Origin: an uncultured candidate division Zixibacteria bacterium
GTDB lineage: Bacteria; Zixibacteria; MSB-5A5; GN15; FEB-12
Assembly (NCBI GenBank): GCA_963806185.1
Contig: CAWDXE010000007.1
Location: 640,001-704,000, forward strand
Reading direction: 5' to 3'
DNA length: 64,000 nucleotides
Shown: piece after piece, positions 63,452-64,000 of the stretch
How the letters are laid out: each line of letters starts with the position of its first letter
Numbering within the stretch: the first letter of the stretch is position 1
Made by a program: the position numbers and the translations under genes
Notes under the pieces: model-generated
Seen by the model: the letters and a program-made list of their open reading frames with translations, nothing else
What the model was told of the DNA's origin: nothing
Databases searched by the model: none

Positions 63452-64000
63452 GCCCCCTCCTCTCGGACGCCGAATGCGGCGCCGTCGGTGCGAATGGTAC
63501 CACCAGCCAGTTCAGTACGCTGTCGACCGTTGTCTGCAGTACCGAGTCGTCCTTCATGAATAACGGGGTGAAGTTGAAAACCACCACCCTGAAGTCGTCG
63601 CGGTCAAGTCGATACCCTACCGGTCGCCCATGGAAATCAAAGGGCGCCGAAACGTACGGGTGAGCCCCGTCATATTTTGAATCATACGTGTACAGCACTT
63701 CGGCCTCCGGCACCGGATCGATGGAATTCACCTCCGGAGGGCAGGCCACCGTGGGTACCCAGTCATAGTTCCAGGCATAACGCGAATGGAGCAGTGCGGT
63801 GTCGACAACCAGATCCGGCCAGCCCGGGAGCGTAGTCGATCTCGCCGCTTCGAAATCCTCAATCCGCTGAGGCACGGCCGGGTACACTTGCCACCACTCC
63901 CAGCCGCTGTAATAGTAATTGGTAGCGCCAAAGTAGTACTGGATGCCGGTAGGGGTTGTGGACGCGAAGCTCTTGACGGTCGGCGGTACGGCTTCACCGC
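63444..64000 (-). CDS. Secreted protein B2, paralog of 59042..60976 (C-terminal part; runs off the window)
   Basis: Frame stays open to the window end; QYYFG.T.Y.YSGWEW, GWPDLVVDT..LHSRY.WNYDW.P..ACPPEVN, VGYRLDR and VLQT.VDSVLNWL shared with B1. Confidence 0.85.
   Translation of the reverse strand, partial: GEAVPPTVKSFASTTPTGIQYYFGATNYYYSGWEWWQVYPAVPQRIEDFEAARSTTLPGWPDLVVDTALLHSRYAWNYDWVPTVACPPEVNSIDPVPEAEVLYTYDSKYDGAHPYVSAPFDFHGRPVGYRLDRDDFRVVVFNFTPLFMKDDSVLQTTVDSVLNWLVVPFAPTAPHSASERRGHE

Noticed and set aside
56661..64000. Diversity-generating retroelement or CRISPR array behind the repeated sequence
   Set aside because: The similarity is gene-level paralogy with largely synonymous differences where inspected; no reverse transcriptase, adenine-specific variable repeat or spacer array was seen

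Overview
A 64 kb stretch of a moderately GC-rich bacterial chromosome. The repeated Cys-flanked dockerin-like modules suggest candidate phylum Zixibacteria or a related FCB-group lineage (inference). In order it carries: (1) the end of a flagellar operon (fliD, fliS, flgN-like, sigma28-preceded flgM, HDOD protein); (2) tRNA-Val, then thrS-infC-rpmI-rplT-pheS-pheT-zapB-zapA-rny; (3) a secreted C-type-lectin/beta-helix/dockerin protein; (4) ruvCAB-hyp-queA-ispDF-dedA-ddl-HAD-M42 peptidase-cysS; (5) a ~13 kb Wzx/Wzy polysaccharide locus between tRNA-Thr(UGU) and tRNA-Tyr(GUA); (6) a MATE transporter, an ATP-grasp ligase, a cohesin+dockerin protein and a PPi-type PFK; (7) ccmCDEF with a Cys-type CcmE, beside an 11-heme cytochrome c/cytochrome b fusion, each preceded by a Rex-like box; (8) a Gld-like ABC system; (9) a CarH/LitR-like B12 MerR regulator; (10) a tandemly duplicated two-gene cassette of secreted dockerin proteins. 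Small indels break even essential genes (thrS, pheS, cysS), so the frameshifts are most likely long-read assembly errors. The best candidate for an undescribed system is a non-cellulosomal cohesin-dockerin surface assembly: five dockerin proteins, one of which also carries a cohesin. No CRISPR array, rRNA, integrase or transposase was seen. All family calls come from motif recognition by eye, without database searches.
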